Shown here piece after piece: positions 24,446 to 35,914 of a stretch of DNA of 64,000 nucleotides; within the stretch, counting starts at the first letter, position 1; each line of letters starts with the position of its first letter. The notes under the pieces are model-generated. The model worked only from the letters and a program-made list of their open reading frames with translations. It did not search any database and was not told the origin of the DNA. A program made the translations under genes and the position numbers. This stretch comes from Balanoglossus misakiensis. Taxonomy: Eukaryota; Animalia; Hemichordata. Where the stretch lies: the NCBI GenBank assembly GCA_040954595.2, contig CM082592.2, forward strand, positions 2,108,001 to 2,172,000. Direction: 5' to 3'.

Positions 24446-25279
24446 GGCTGCATTCACAAACACCTCTGGAGGTGGGGGGGGGGCAGGAGAATTCAATTTT
24501 TTTTACCGTTAATTTTCACATCCCCCCCTACTCAACCCGAAATATTTTCAAATCCCCCCTTCCAAACTGCTAAAATTTTGAGTCCCCCCCCCCCTTTCAG
24601 GTGGGGATGGTGAATTATATATATGCACTGTTTGAACATTTTCTTTCACACAGCAAAACATCAGGGCAAAACATCGCCTATCTATCTTGTAAAAAAAGAA
24701 AAACAGCGCTCCCATGAAAAAAATTCAAAACTGATGTCTTCCCCCATCAGTGGGTATTAAAACTGAACATTGTTTGTATTTTGTAAGTATTTGTATTCTG
24801 TGTTGGCAGACATTGTAAACAGAAAATTGAAGGGGGTGGGTGTGGGAGGGGGTGTCCCCCTCACACGTAAGAAAATTTCATAAAATATACAGAGCTCAAA
24901 GCTGCATTTTAATGAACCCAAAAACAAATTAACCCAACTACCGGTATGTTGGGGAGGACAAATTTAACCTTCGCCGCTCAAAGTTAGCATTGGGGGGGGG
25001 GGGGGGGCAAGTCCCCTGACCTGGGCCATTAGATAAACTAGCCAATGACTGAAGGTGTTGATGAATGAAAGGGGTGGGTGTAGAAAAATTGTATTATGAT
25101 GGGTTCAAAACTGCATTTTTGTCGACTTGAAATAAATATTTAGTCCTCAAAGTTTTCAAGTCCCCCCCTTTCAGTCCCTAAATTATTTCAAATCCCCCCC
25201 TTACATACCCTCAATTTTTTCAAATCCCCCCTCAGTTCTCCCACCCCCCCCCCCTCCAGAGGTGTTTGTGAATGCAGCC
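24446..25279. mobile_element. PIF/Harbinger (Tourist-like) MITE
   Basis: TIR ggctgcattcacaaacacctctggagg / cctccagaggtgtttgtgaatgcagcc, with TAA on both sides. Confidence 0.85.
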
Positions 25280-28155
25280 TAAGATCATATCTGCTTGCAA
25301 TGTCAGGTTGCGTACTCATTGAACGTGCACGCGCGATCCATGCACGCGATGGAACTTTTGTCTGGCATATTAGCCAATCACATGAAGCAACATCTTTCAT
25401 GGTACTAGCGAATCAGAGCGCGAGCTCAAACGGATTTGGAGAGATGTCTTGACCGCGTCTCTGAAAAGCCAAAGGTCATTGATGGCGCCCTCTTGAGAGG
25501 CAACTCGTTGACCATGTATACTTAGCGATACGTTTTATCCTACCCCAAAACATGTGAGGCGACAGCATAAAAAAAACACGTCGCCATTCCCTACATCTGA
25601 TTTTAATCAGCTTGATCCTACCTCAGCTATGGCCTGTCCCCACATCGACCCCAGGTAATTTAAATTACGGCCTTATATAGGCACGGGTCGGATCCAAAAT
25701 CGGAATATCTAATTTGCATAGCGGACGTCTGAGAAAACACTACAGCAATTTACATAGCGTACGCCTGAGAAAACCAATGGTTCACTCCAATGTGGGTCGC
25801 TCATATTCCACACGTCACTCCCGGACCCAGGAACGTACAGCACTCAATATTCCAGTATGCAACCAAGATTTATTCTAAAATATAGACACACATGGGGAAC
25901 GACTACAAAGAAACCCTGTCGCACAAACAAAATTACAGTAAATAATTGAAGTCCAACACAATTCCTTGTTCATGAAAAATATAATTATTGTCGTATTTCA
26001 TCCGCATCAACTTGGAAATAAACGAATTCAACGAGTTCATATGCATTTAGCAGAGTTTGTACGATGTTAAATGTCAAGTTCGAGATTACGAATATTTAAA
26101 AATACTGGTATATCATTCACAGAGAACTCACCCCACCACTTTGTAGGTTTAACGGAGAGGAGTAGGCCTCCAAAATCACCGTCGTCTACGGACCATATCA
26201 CAGCCACAACGGAACCGCACGGTTGTGCGTAAGGAAATGAATTGAAGAACCGCGTGGCATAAATTTGAGGGTCTTTTATAGTGCGTACCAGGTGCCTGTG
26301 ATGCAAATGCAAATTAGCATGCGCAAGACATGTAGGATAAATAACCGATCAATAAACGTCATTGAAAAGGGCTCCATTAGTGAAACTGGGAACAACTCCC
26401 TCTACGGTCGGGTCGGACAGCGATGATAAATTTGACGTCACGGTGCTATTTTTAGCATGGGCGTTAATTTCTCTTCTCGTTGACTGTGTGTGTGTGTTCG
26501 TACGTTCAGTTGGTTAATTGCTGAAAACTTCCTGAACCCAGCCCATTCACAGAAAGGCGACCGCTATATCGACATATTGGATATTCTAGCCGTTTCATGC
26601 CGACCTTTTAGCGTTTCGCTTTCGATTGCACGCAATACAACATCCACCCGGGCCGCGGTCCAGATGAATGTGGCAATGCCGCTCGGTAGCTAGACCGCCA
26701 TAGGAGACGTGTACATTTCAAGACATCGACTAGAAAGCGAGGTAGGGCGTAATACAGATCTGCTTTGCTTTGATGTTCTCCGCTTACAGTGTTACATGAT
26801 ACATGTACAGAGCAAATATCACCGAGTTTGCACAAATTCCTAGTGCACAATCATCGCAGAAATAATAGTGACGCGGATGTTGACATGAGATGACCTTGAA
26901 GTTGAAATCGAAGGGCGACATTGTTTACCTGTGTTTAGAGTACCTAAAACAAAAGAGCAGAGGTGTGTGTTTGACAGAGTCTAGAAAAGGCAGAATAGAT
27001 GCAGGAGTTGAAGTGAAAGGGGTACATTTATCTGTCATATGAATTAATATATTCATTATAAATAATTACATGACAATCGACCTCAAAATGGTAAATATTT
27101 ACAACTTCAAAATAATGTATATCCCTCATGATCTCATGATATTGCTAATTAAAGCCACAGTATTTCTCGTAGGGGCAAAATTTTGTTTGAAACGGCATCT
27201 ATAATTTCTAAAAGTAGATGATAATTGATACTGAATCGAACAGTCATCATCCCCAGCTCTGCTCATAAACTCATACAATTTACAATATAACGAGTGAAGA
27301 ATGACTTTCTGTCCGGACAGAAAGTCACGTGAGTGTTGACACACGTGACTAGTCCGCATGCGCACTCAAATGTGAATCTATGCGGAAGAGGTTTGGTCGC
27401 CCCAAATCAAGCGACTCAGCGAAGAAATGCGCACTAATTCGGCGAAATTTTGGGAAGATAACTTTATGGGAGAAATCAGTCGATGGAACCAGATCAAATC
27501 CGAAAATGGTCTGACCATCAAAATGTCAAAGTGGCACGTTTGCTGATCGACATGTACAACATTTCCGTTGTAAACAAACCCGCGCATCATTTCAAGTGTT
27601 ACGGGCGATATTTTCGGCTTGCATGTAGCTACAATTGCCCAAACCTTTCTTACATCTTCATTATATAGTATTCCATGATGGATGTACTGGAAAAACGGGC
27701 TTTTTTCGATGATGAAAAATGGATGCACACGAGAAATACTGGGGCTTTAATGACAAGTTATTTTTGCGGCTGGGCATATCACATTTGACAATACAATGTC
27801 ACCGCATTCAGCTAAATATACATGCATGTACAGATGTACACATTGCAACTGGTGTCCCATTGATTGAATGAGGAGGAAAAAAACACGCTAAATTGCTCAG
27901 GGCATCAGCCAACCAGAGTTCCAAGTTTGTGTGTAACATATGCTCTAGAATTTTTGTGTTTGAAAGAGATACCCAATCAGTTTGAAAATAGATTACACAT
28001 AACATGAGAATGACTAAGTATACATGTAAACTATTTCAAAGCAAACAAGATATTTTGACCTTTGATGTTAGAAGAAAAAATTGATGATTGCCTCACAAAT
28101 TATTTATTCTGAAAACCACCACTGTCATGTCTTTTATGGCATACAGTATCTTTAA

Positions 28156-28492
28156 AGGGACAAAGTCTCTCTCTCGCTGCCCTTTTTTCCATTAATTAAG
28201 TTTGATACAAGACACTGTTTATGTTAATGTACATGTGGATATATAGTGAATCAACGTTCGACCACACACAACTTCCATCCCACTTGTATGATATGAGAGT
28301 AAAAACTCGCCCAAAATGAATAAATGGTAAAGAACGATTATTCATTTTGGCGAGTTTTTTCACTCTCCTGTCTATAAGAGGGATGGAAGTTGTGTGTGGT
28401 TGAACGTTCCACATGTAGAATAACAAACGGTGTCTTGTATCAAATATAATTAATGGAAAAAAGGGCAGCGAGAGAGAGACTAAATTGTCTCT
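28156..28492. mobile_element. Palindromic Kolobok-like MITE (TTAA TSD)
   Basis: ttaa|agggacaaagtctctctctcgctgccc...gggcagcgagagagagactaaattgtctct|ttaa. Almost the whole element folds back on itself. Confidence 0.75.
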
Positions 28493-29684
28493 TTAATATG
28501 CAGCTGCAGTAATGTAGATCAAGATTTTTCCTGGTGTTAAAAACAGATTTTGCCATCTATCTGCCATCACTAGACAAAACCTTCAGCTTTATACAATAAC
28601 ATGTATGTATAAAGGGCAATAGCTGTAATTTTTGGCTATATTTTCAGTATTTTTCCTCTTGTACTCCGAGACGCATCCTAATATACCCAGTACTCCGCTT
28701 GACAACCAATATTGCGTGTAGGTGTGTAACGGCTATTGTTATTGTTGACAGATGAATTCAAATTTTCCACAATAACAATGCTGACTATATTATTATACCT
28801 GGTAGTTATACCGTAGGTGTTGTGTTGTGTTGATAAGCTACATTCTGGGCATTTCATCATGTTTCAGGAGTTTGACCAAGACACTGCAGACTGCAGTAGA
28901 TACATGTACATAAACTCGTAGCGAAAATTTTCACCTAATGGAGCTACACCTATGTACATGTACTGTAGCTAACTAATGATAAGTGTTTTTGGCTATCGTG
29001 TGAACCCCAGGTAGAATAAAGCCTGACCCATTTCTTTCAAGAAGTAGGGCTGCAATATTTACAAAGGCAATGAATGCATGGTACTTGTATGTGGTGTTAG
29101 CAATGTGGTGAATCTGTTGGACTATAAATTTTTTCATAACCAGCACTAAACGCCAATGAAGGTTACAGAAATACAATAAGAATTTGTCCTTGAACTCTTG
29201 AGCTGACCTTAAATTAAAGTGGAATAAGCATTGCATTTTACAGTCTTATATTTGTTTGACTTTGAATTGAAATTCCGCAGCTAATCGACTTTGTATCCAG
29301 CATTGTTAGCCATCCGTTTATAATTGTTCAATAACAATTAAAGTTATGCATGGGAATTAGAATTTCTGCACAGGGAGTCTTGCTCTTTAAGCAGAATGGT
29401 GGAAACACTGGTACCTGCTAACATTTCATCCTATTACACGTAATATGAACACCTATCTTTTCAGTTATATTTCATGTGCCATGTATACAGGTGCATGCTG
29501 GTATAGTGCAGGATAATTTTTTCAATCTCTAGGCATGGTCTCTGTAAAATACTCTGTAAAATAACCATGGGGTTTTTGAGAGCTATGATAAACATGAATG
29601 TTTATCTGCAATGAATTACAGATTTTTTTACTATTCATAAAGCACATGAGACTAAAACTCTGCATTTTCTTCTATCTCAACAGA

Positions 29685-31572
29685 ATGTCGTTCAAAAGTT
29701 TCCTGAAGTCTTGTTGGACAGAGCACCCGGACGCCCCCCCCCCCCCCCTGACTGTTGGAGATACGTGATCGTCATCTGTAATATTATTGTGACGTTATTC
29801 TGCATTGGTCTGAATTATGGAATGTGGATCTTGATTGAGGGACTGAGAGACTTTTTCAGAGAATATCACGCTGTGAGAGACGAGGTGGACACAAAGTGGA
29901 TTGTTTATATCAATATTTTCATGGTTGGTCTCACAGGTATGTTGTGGTTGCATTCTAGTTTTCTGTCTCTTACTTGGTGGTTGACTGCTCATGCAATAAC
30001 CTTACTGGCATCGCCCTCACTGCCGTGAAAAGCTGAACTTTTGGCTACATTTCAGTATTTTTGTTCTGTGTACCAAAATTGGCAAATGCAATTTTTTGTT
30101 CTACTCCTAACAGCATGCCTATTAAACCAAGTACCGTACTCCACTTGATAAAGGGCGTTCTCACTGGCACGTTTACACCGGTGCTACACCGGTGTAGATT
30201 TGACACCGACGGAAAAAAGTAAGTGAGAACGCTTTACACCGGTGTTGGGCCGGTGTTAATTTGCGACGGCGATGGGTGGTGGGTCAGGGCCAGTGCTGGG
30301 CCAGCGCTCCGACACAAATATGCAATGAGAACGCAAAGATAAACAAACACCGTTCAAAAGCGTCACCCTGCAGTGACTTTTGGGTATGTTTATTAGGTAT
30401 AGCCCATTGTCTTTGGTCAGTTTCCATTGTTAAGTCAATCACACTGGACGCGAGTGGTTTTCAAACCATTCGCAGTTTGCCAGGTTTGCAACACATCTGT
30501 TTGCTACCAACTTTCAGAAGGTTCTCTCGATCACCGAAAAGCTGAGGCATTTTCCATTTATGGATTAACATTCATTTACTTCTAAACATTATCAAAACTG
30601 TCACAAAGTCGTCTAGAACGCATATGCAGGTATAGAAACTAAAACATATTGCTGTAATGTCCTTGACGTCCTCAATTTTGTTAGTTTAGACTGTGTTTCT
30701 TTCAAAACAGTGTCCAAAAGTTTAGTGCGTGGATGCACGGAGATTCTGTGGGCCAATCCCCTGTGTTTGCAGAGAGTAAACACTGGCATAACACCGGTGT
30801 CGAAACTTTTAGTGAGAACAAGACTTTAGACGGTGTTTATTTCAAAACAGTGGCCAAAAGTTTAGTGTGTGGACGCACAGATATTCTGTGGGCCAATCCC
30901 CTGTGTTTGCAGAGAGTAAACACTGGCGTAACACCGGTGTCGAAACTTTTAGTGAGAACGAGACTATACATGTAGCCTGCATGTGTGTAACTGCCCTTGT
31001 TATTGTTGTCAGATGAATTCTAGTCTGGACTTGAATTAAAATTTGGCGCAATAATAATGCTGACTATACTTGTAGGCTGTGTTTATAAATATAAGCTGGA
31101 TACTGGGCACTTCATCAAGTTTCAGGGATTTGAACAAGAAACTGCAGTATACACACAAAAACGTACTGAAAACATAGCCAGAAGTTGCAGCTAATGGAGT
31201 TTTAATTGCCACAGCTTGTGTTTTATTGTGGATTGTATGACACCATGAAATTATATATAAAAGCTTGTTCTCACTAAAAGTTTCGACACCGGTTCGGTTT
31301 AGACAGGTTTTACTACATAATAATTAAGTGAAACTAAATATGACAGCATAATTATAATTACAAAAGTCTACTGGCATGATGATAATGCGTGTGAAATAAC
31401 GGTGTGTGATCCCTTATATCATTTTCAGGTCCAGTGGCCAGCTTCTTCTCAAACAAGTATGGGCATCGCATCACAGCCTTCTCTGGTGCAGCTCTGTCAA
31501 CCTTCGGTCTCTTTGTATCGGGTTTTAATAAAAGTGTGGGATTTTTGTGTTTCAGCTACGGTATTCTGACAG
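29685..31572 (+). CDS. SLC16/monocarboxylate transporter-like MFS gene, first two coding exons (partial)
   Basis: Exons 29685-29936 and 31429-31572 join in phase 1: PPPDCWRYVIV...G|PVASFFSNKYGHRITAFSGAALSTFGLFVSGF...SYGILTG. This matches the MCT PPDGGWGW and GP..S...N.YG.R motifs. There is a 1-nt frameshift in a C15 run, and later exons were not found. Confidence 0.8.
30153..30966. mobile_element. Probable MITE with an internal ~134-bp tandem duplication, inserted in an older dispersed repeat
   Basis: Ends are cgttctcact / agtgagaacg, with repeated acaccggtgt. The flanks 30030-30150 and 30975-31200 join to match 28620-28930. Confidence 0.5.
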
Positions 31573-31665
31573 GTGAGTGTTTTATGTACAGCACACAAAA
31601 CACGGAAAACCCGGAACGCAAAGGAATATTGTATTTGTCCACATTTTTTTAGGTCCCATTGGTAT

Positions 31666-33364
31666 TTACATATAATCCCATGATATCTTTCTTTGTTTGA
31701 CGTCATCGTATACGAGTGGTTTTCGCAGAGCTGTGCAACTTCGAGCCGCAGGCGAGAAGTTGTACGCTTCCGCCAAAACCACGAGTATACGATGACGTTA
31801 AACAAAGAAAGATATCATGGGATTGTATATTTATCACATGAACAGTCTTCTTATTTTTCGTTAGAAGAGGCAGGACTAAAAAAATTCAGTATCTTGCAAC
31901 AATTTTGGAGCGGCGTCATATTTTACTGAGCAGGATTATTTCCCCCAGGAGATATATGTTGGGTGATTTTATGAATGATCAGCGATAGTCCATCATTTGC
32001 ATATACGTTGAGTTCCGTTCGCTCGAAGTTCGGCCTTACACAAATGTAATCGATTCTCTAACAATTTTACTGCAACCTGTTGCCACGTTGACCGGTGGAA
32101 TAGAGAGGTTCAGTCGTCACGCTGAACTGGCTCGAAACAATTCCCCACGCTGATTCGACTCGGAACGTACCGGACTTGCGCCTAAACTAGGCTATGTGTA
32201 CCTGACCCAAAACTTTGACAGCCACGATCGTCTATGATCGTTGCGTCGACTGTCTTCTTTCCAAATTCCACCTTTCTGTTTTGAGCTTACAAAGCGATAT
32301 TGTCATGGAACCGTCATTTTTTTATTTCATTTCTGTATTGTAAATGCCGCGCGCTACACATACTGTTTCTGTTTGACAACAAAGCTACGGCGAATCGGTG
32401 GAAATAGTTCCGGTTGATGACGTAACACAGGGGTGATCTGGATTTTTGATCTGTCCTGGTCTACGTCACCACGGTTACTAGAAGAAGACGGTTAGGAAAC
32501 TCTATTGTTCGGAAGGTGTGAACGAGGTGTTAGCTAGGAGAGTACATGTCCGAACCGCTATGTGGGGTTGTATTGGGGAACGTGTTAATTTTTGAACCCC
32601 TTCATCTGCCCTTTTTCGTCAGAGTACAGCGCCACTTTTTTTTTGTACGAGTTCCATATAGGCTTATGGAGTGCACGGTCATAGTCTGTTGGGCTTGCGA
32701 CACTCTACCATTGTTTCTTGGGTGGTTAACTAAAAGTCCGGACTCAAATAGCGTCGAATTTTGAACCCCTAGAATTCAACCCTGATGGTCGCATTTCTGT
32801 TTTTTTTAAATATATTTAGATATTTTACACCTTTTTGTATTGCATGGGCTATTTCGTTTATTCCAATTGGAATATTTCGTTGAGATTGCATACCCATTTC
32901 GATACAGTCGTTAACATTATCGATATAGCCTTTGGCGGCCATCTTGTTTGTTTTGGTTCGCATCGAATCTCTAGGGCACAGTCAAGACAAAGAATGTATG
33001 GCTTCATCATGTCCTTGAAAGTTCAAAATTGTCATAAATGTGCTGTGACTTTATAAATTATCCACTCTCTGTTCTGTTTTCCTCAAATCTGGTGGTATAC
33101 GTACTGTGCGTGCAAGCAATTCCGTAAACATGAGTATGGTTTGCTTTGGATTGTAGGGGTAATGACGTCATTTTGACCGAGCCGTCAGTTATTCTGTCTG
33201 TTTATTCATATGGCCAGGCTCGTTAGCACCTGATATCTTTCGTTTACACTAAGTGTTTACCGAGGCGAGCATCTAACAATGGAGAAAAAATAGTTTCCTA
33301 ACCGTCTTCTTCTAGTAACCGTGACGTCACACAGGTGGCGATCAGGTCCAGTTCATGTGATAAA
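31666..33364. mobile_element. Hairpin (Crypton-like) element inserted in the HINE hairpin
   Basis: An approximately 160-bp palindrome is centred on gagccgcaggcgag. tttatcacatgaac (31830) is mirrored by gttcatgtgataaa at the right end. Flanks are ggtat/ggcat. Confidence 0.6.
32470..33323. mobile_element. P-element-like MITE (CA..TG ends, 7-bp TSD)
   Basis: TIR cacggttactagaagaagacggttaggaaact / agtttcctaaccgtcttcttctagtaaccgtg. TSD acgtcac on both sides. Confidence 0.8.
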
Positions 33365-33912
33365 GGCATATATACCATGGGACCTTATGGGATCGGTTGC
33401 GTCTGTATGGATGGATGTATGGATGGATGTATGTCTGAATGTCCGTCCACATCAAAAACTTGAAAACCGCTGCGCGTATGACCTCGATATTTGGTGTGTA
33501 GATGAAGGCAGGGCTGTAGATGGGAGTTTGTTCAAATGAAGTTGTCATTGCCAAAAATATGCAAATTAACTGGGGAAAATGTGAAATTGGTAAAAACTCG
33601 ACAACCATGCACTGGTCATATCGATTTGAAAATTGGTATGCATGTACATGTACCTTATGTCAACCTCATACAGTCCTGTATGTTTTGAGCTAGTATTATT
33701 GATTTCCTATTTTTTATGCATTTTTTTGTATTTTTCCATGTTATTGGTAAAAAGTCTTCATTTCTGAAAGTGATTTCAAAATCTGTTAGGCCGATCAACT
33801 CCAACTTTGGTGTGTAGCTAGCCTAGCATTTGATAATCATTTTAAGCGAAAAAAAATATATGAAAAATCGACCAATTTTTTTATATTAATTTTTTTTAGG
33901 TCCCATTTGTAT

Positions 33913-34573
33913 TTAAATAATAACACATGATAGCGAGGGCAATATCACGATTTGAAGCCTGCACGAGGGATGGTGATCTCTGACCATAATATTGATGATG
34001 CCCGAGCCGCAGGCGAGGGTATCATCAATATTGTGGTCAGAGATCACCAGCCCGAGGGCAGGCTTCAAATCGTGATGTTGCCCGAGCATAATGTGTTATT
34101 AATTTTATTACGCCGAACATTTGAACGTACATACACTGCAGCATGTAGCATGTAGACTCGCGTCCATATGTCGTACGTTGCTGAGAATGTAAAATGTCTC
34201 GATCTCCCAAGAATTATACGATACCTACTTCGAACTTAGATTATTTTGAAAATACTGCGCTGTTGGTTGCGATTTTGGTGTATTTACTGCCCGTTTGCAG
34301 TAAAATATCATCCAGTTGAACAGGTGTTAAGCCTGTGTGTCGCTTTGAAGCCATATAGATGCGGGAGTTGACTGATCGTGAAGGAAGCCATTGAACGACA
34401 GTTTGGAACGCGCAGAAGTCGCGCGCAGAACACCAAAACAACCCAGCGGGCAATATCAGCGCACGCGACAGGGCTTTATCAACTCTAGCCATGTTATATC
34501 ACTTTTTTCTCTATATCACGTGAGCACGTCTCAGCCAATCACGAAAACAGTATAATACGTGAGGTGTAATAAA
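33913..34573. mobile_element. Second hairpin (Crypton-like) element inserted in a HINE hairpin
   Basis: An approximately 190-bp palindrome is centred on cccgagccgcaggcgaggg. Later come cacgtg, ccaatc and a taataaa end. Flanks are tgtat/ggtat. Confidence 0.6.
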
Positions 34574-35914
34574 GGTATATATACCATATACCATGGGACC
34601 TTATGGGATGGGTTGCGTCTGTATGTATGGATGGATGGATGTATGTCTGTCCACATCAAAAACTTGAAAACCACTGCACCTATCACCTCAATATTTGGTG
34701 TGTAGGTGCAGGCAGGGCTGTAGATGGGAGTTTGTCCAAACGATGTTGCCAGGCCCAAAAATATGCAAATTAGCCTGTAAAATGTGAAATTTTTCAAAAC
34801 TCTGAAAGTCAACAACTACTGATCAGATTCCTTTAAAAATTGGTATGCATGTACCTTATGTGAACCTCACACCGACCTGTAAGTGTTTAGTTAATATCAT
34901 GGATGATTTATTTTTTATGAATTTTTTAGTCTTTTTCAATATTTTAGGTAAAAAAAAAAAATTTCTGAAAGTCATGGGCCAATTTAAGTCATTTTGGGTC
35001 AATTTGTTGCTTTTTGTATGCATATTTGTAATTTTGGGGATATTTGGTCAAAAATCATTTTCTCTAAAACCGCTTGTTATATTCCTTAGAAATTTGGCAG
35101 GCATGGTTCTGGGGTTAACCAAGGTAAGGTGTTGTAAAACTATGTTACATCGTTTTTGTGTAATCTGTTCCCTGAAATGTCCAGTCCTAAGTGCAATCTC
35201 TCCTAGAGTGTACATGAGCTGATGATGTCACAGTTATATTTGTGTATCGAAATAACCTTGGGGCAGTGTGGCACACACCATACTTATGTAGGTGTAGCAG
35301 CATTGGAAAGACTGCTTGATTTTCTGTAGTTCAAAGAACACACAGGAATAGCTCAAAACATGTGTTGGCATTATTGTAATAACTTTAGATCTGTTGCAAT
35401 CTAAACATATTGTTTGCAATATTGCACTATATTATTGTTGGCAAACCTCTCAGTGGCTGTTATCTGCTGACTTTGAACCCTAAAGTATCAAGCTACTGTT
35501 GCCAGCAATGTGAGGGAGTACTGGCAGTGCCAGGAACAGCCTAATGAGCAGCCACTTCCTGTCATTGTTTTGGAACAGTTAGAGACTTAGCCAGCACTTT
35601 TTGTCAAATCAAATTGAAGGTAATTATATTACATATTTTATGTTTCAGGTGAAGTTTTTCATAGTGTTTCTCTATTTTGGAAGTCCTAGAACATGTGATG
35701 GTCATATTGATGTTGTAGTTTCAATTACTCCTATAAAAATGATGGAAATATATGTTGTGTGAGTATGTTACAATTCAGCAATTCTACATGTTACATTTTT
35801 GCCAGGCTTTTACTTGCATATTATCCAGGCAGTTTCAAGTTGTCTAACCAATGATGTTAAAATGCTGTTATTGATATTATCACACTGTTGTCTTTTGCTA
35901 CTAAGGTCAGAATT

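Larger units (their letters stand above)
31645..33780 (+). mobile_element. HINE/DINE-1-like copy 2, interrupted in its terminal hairpin
   Basis: tttttaggtcccattggtat [insert 31666-33364] ataccatgggaccttatgg, then the microsatellite and a core matching 22530-22785 and 23415-23570. Confidence 0.65.
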
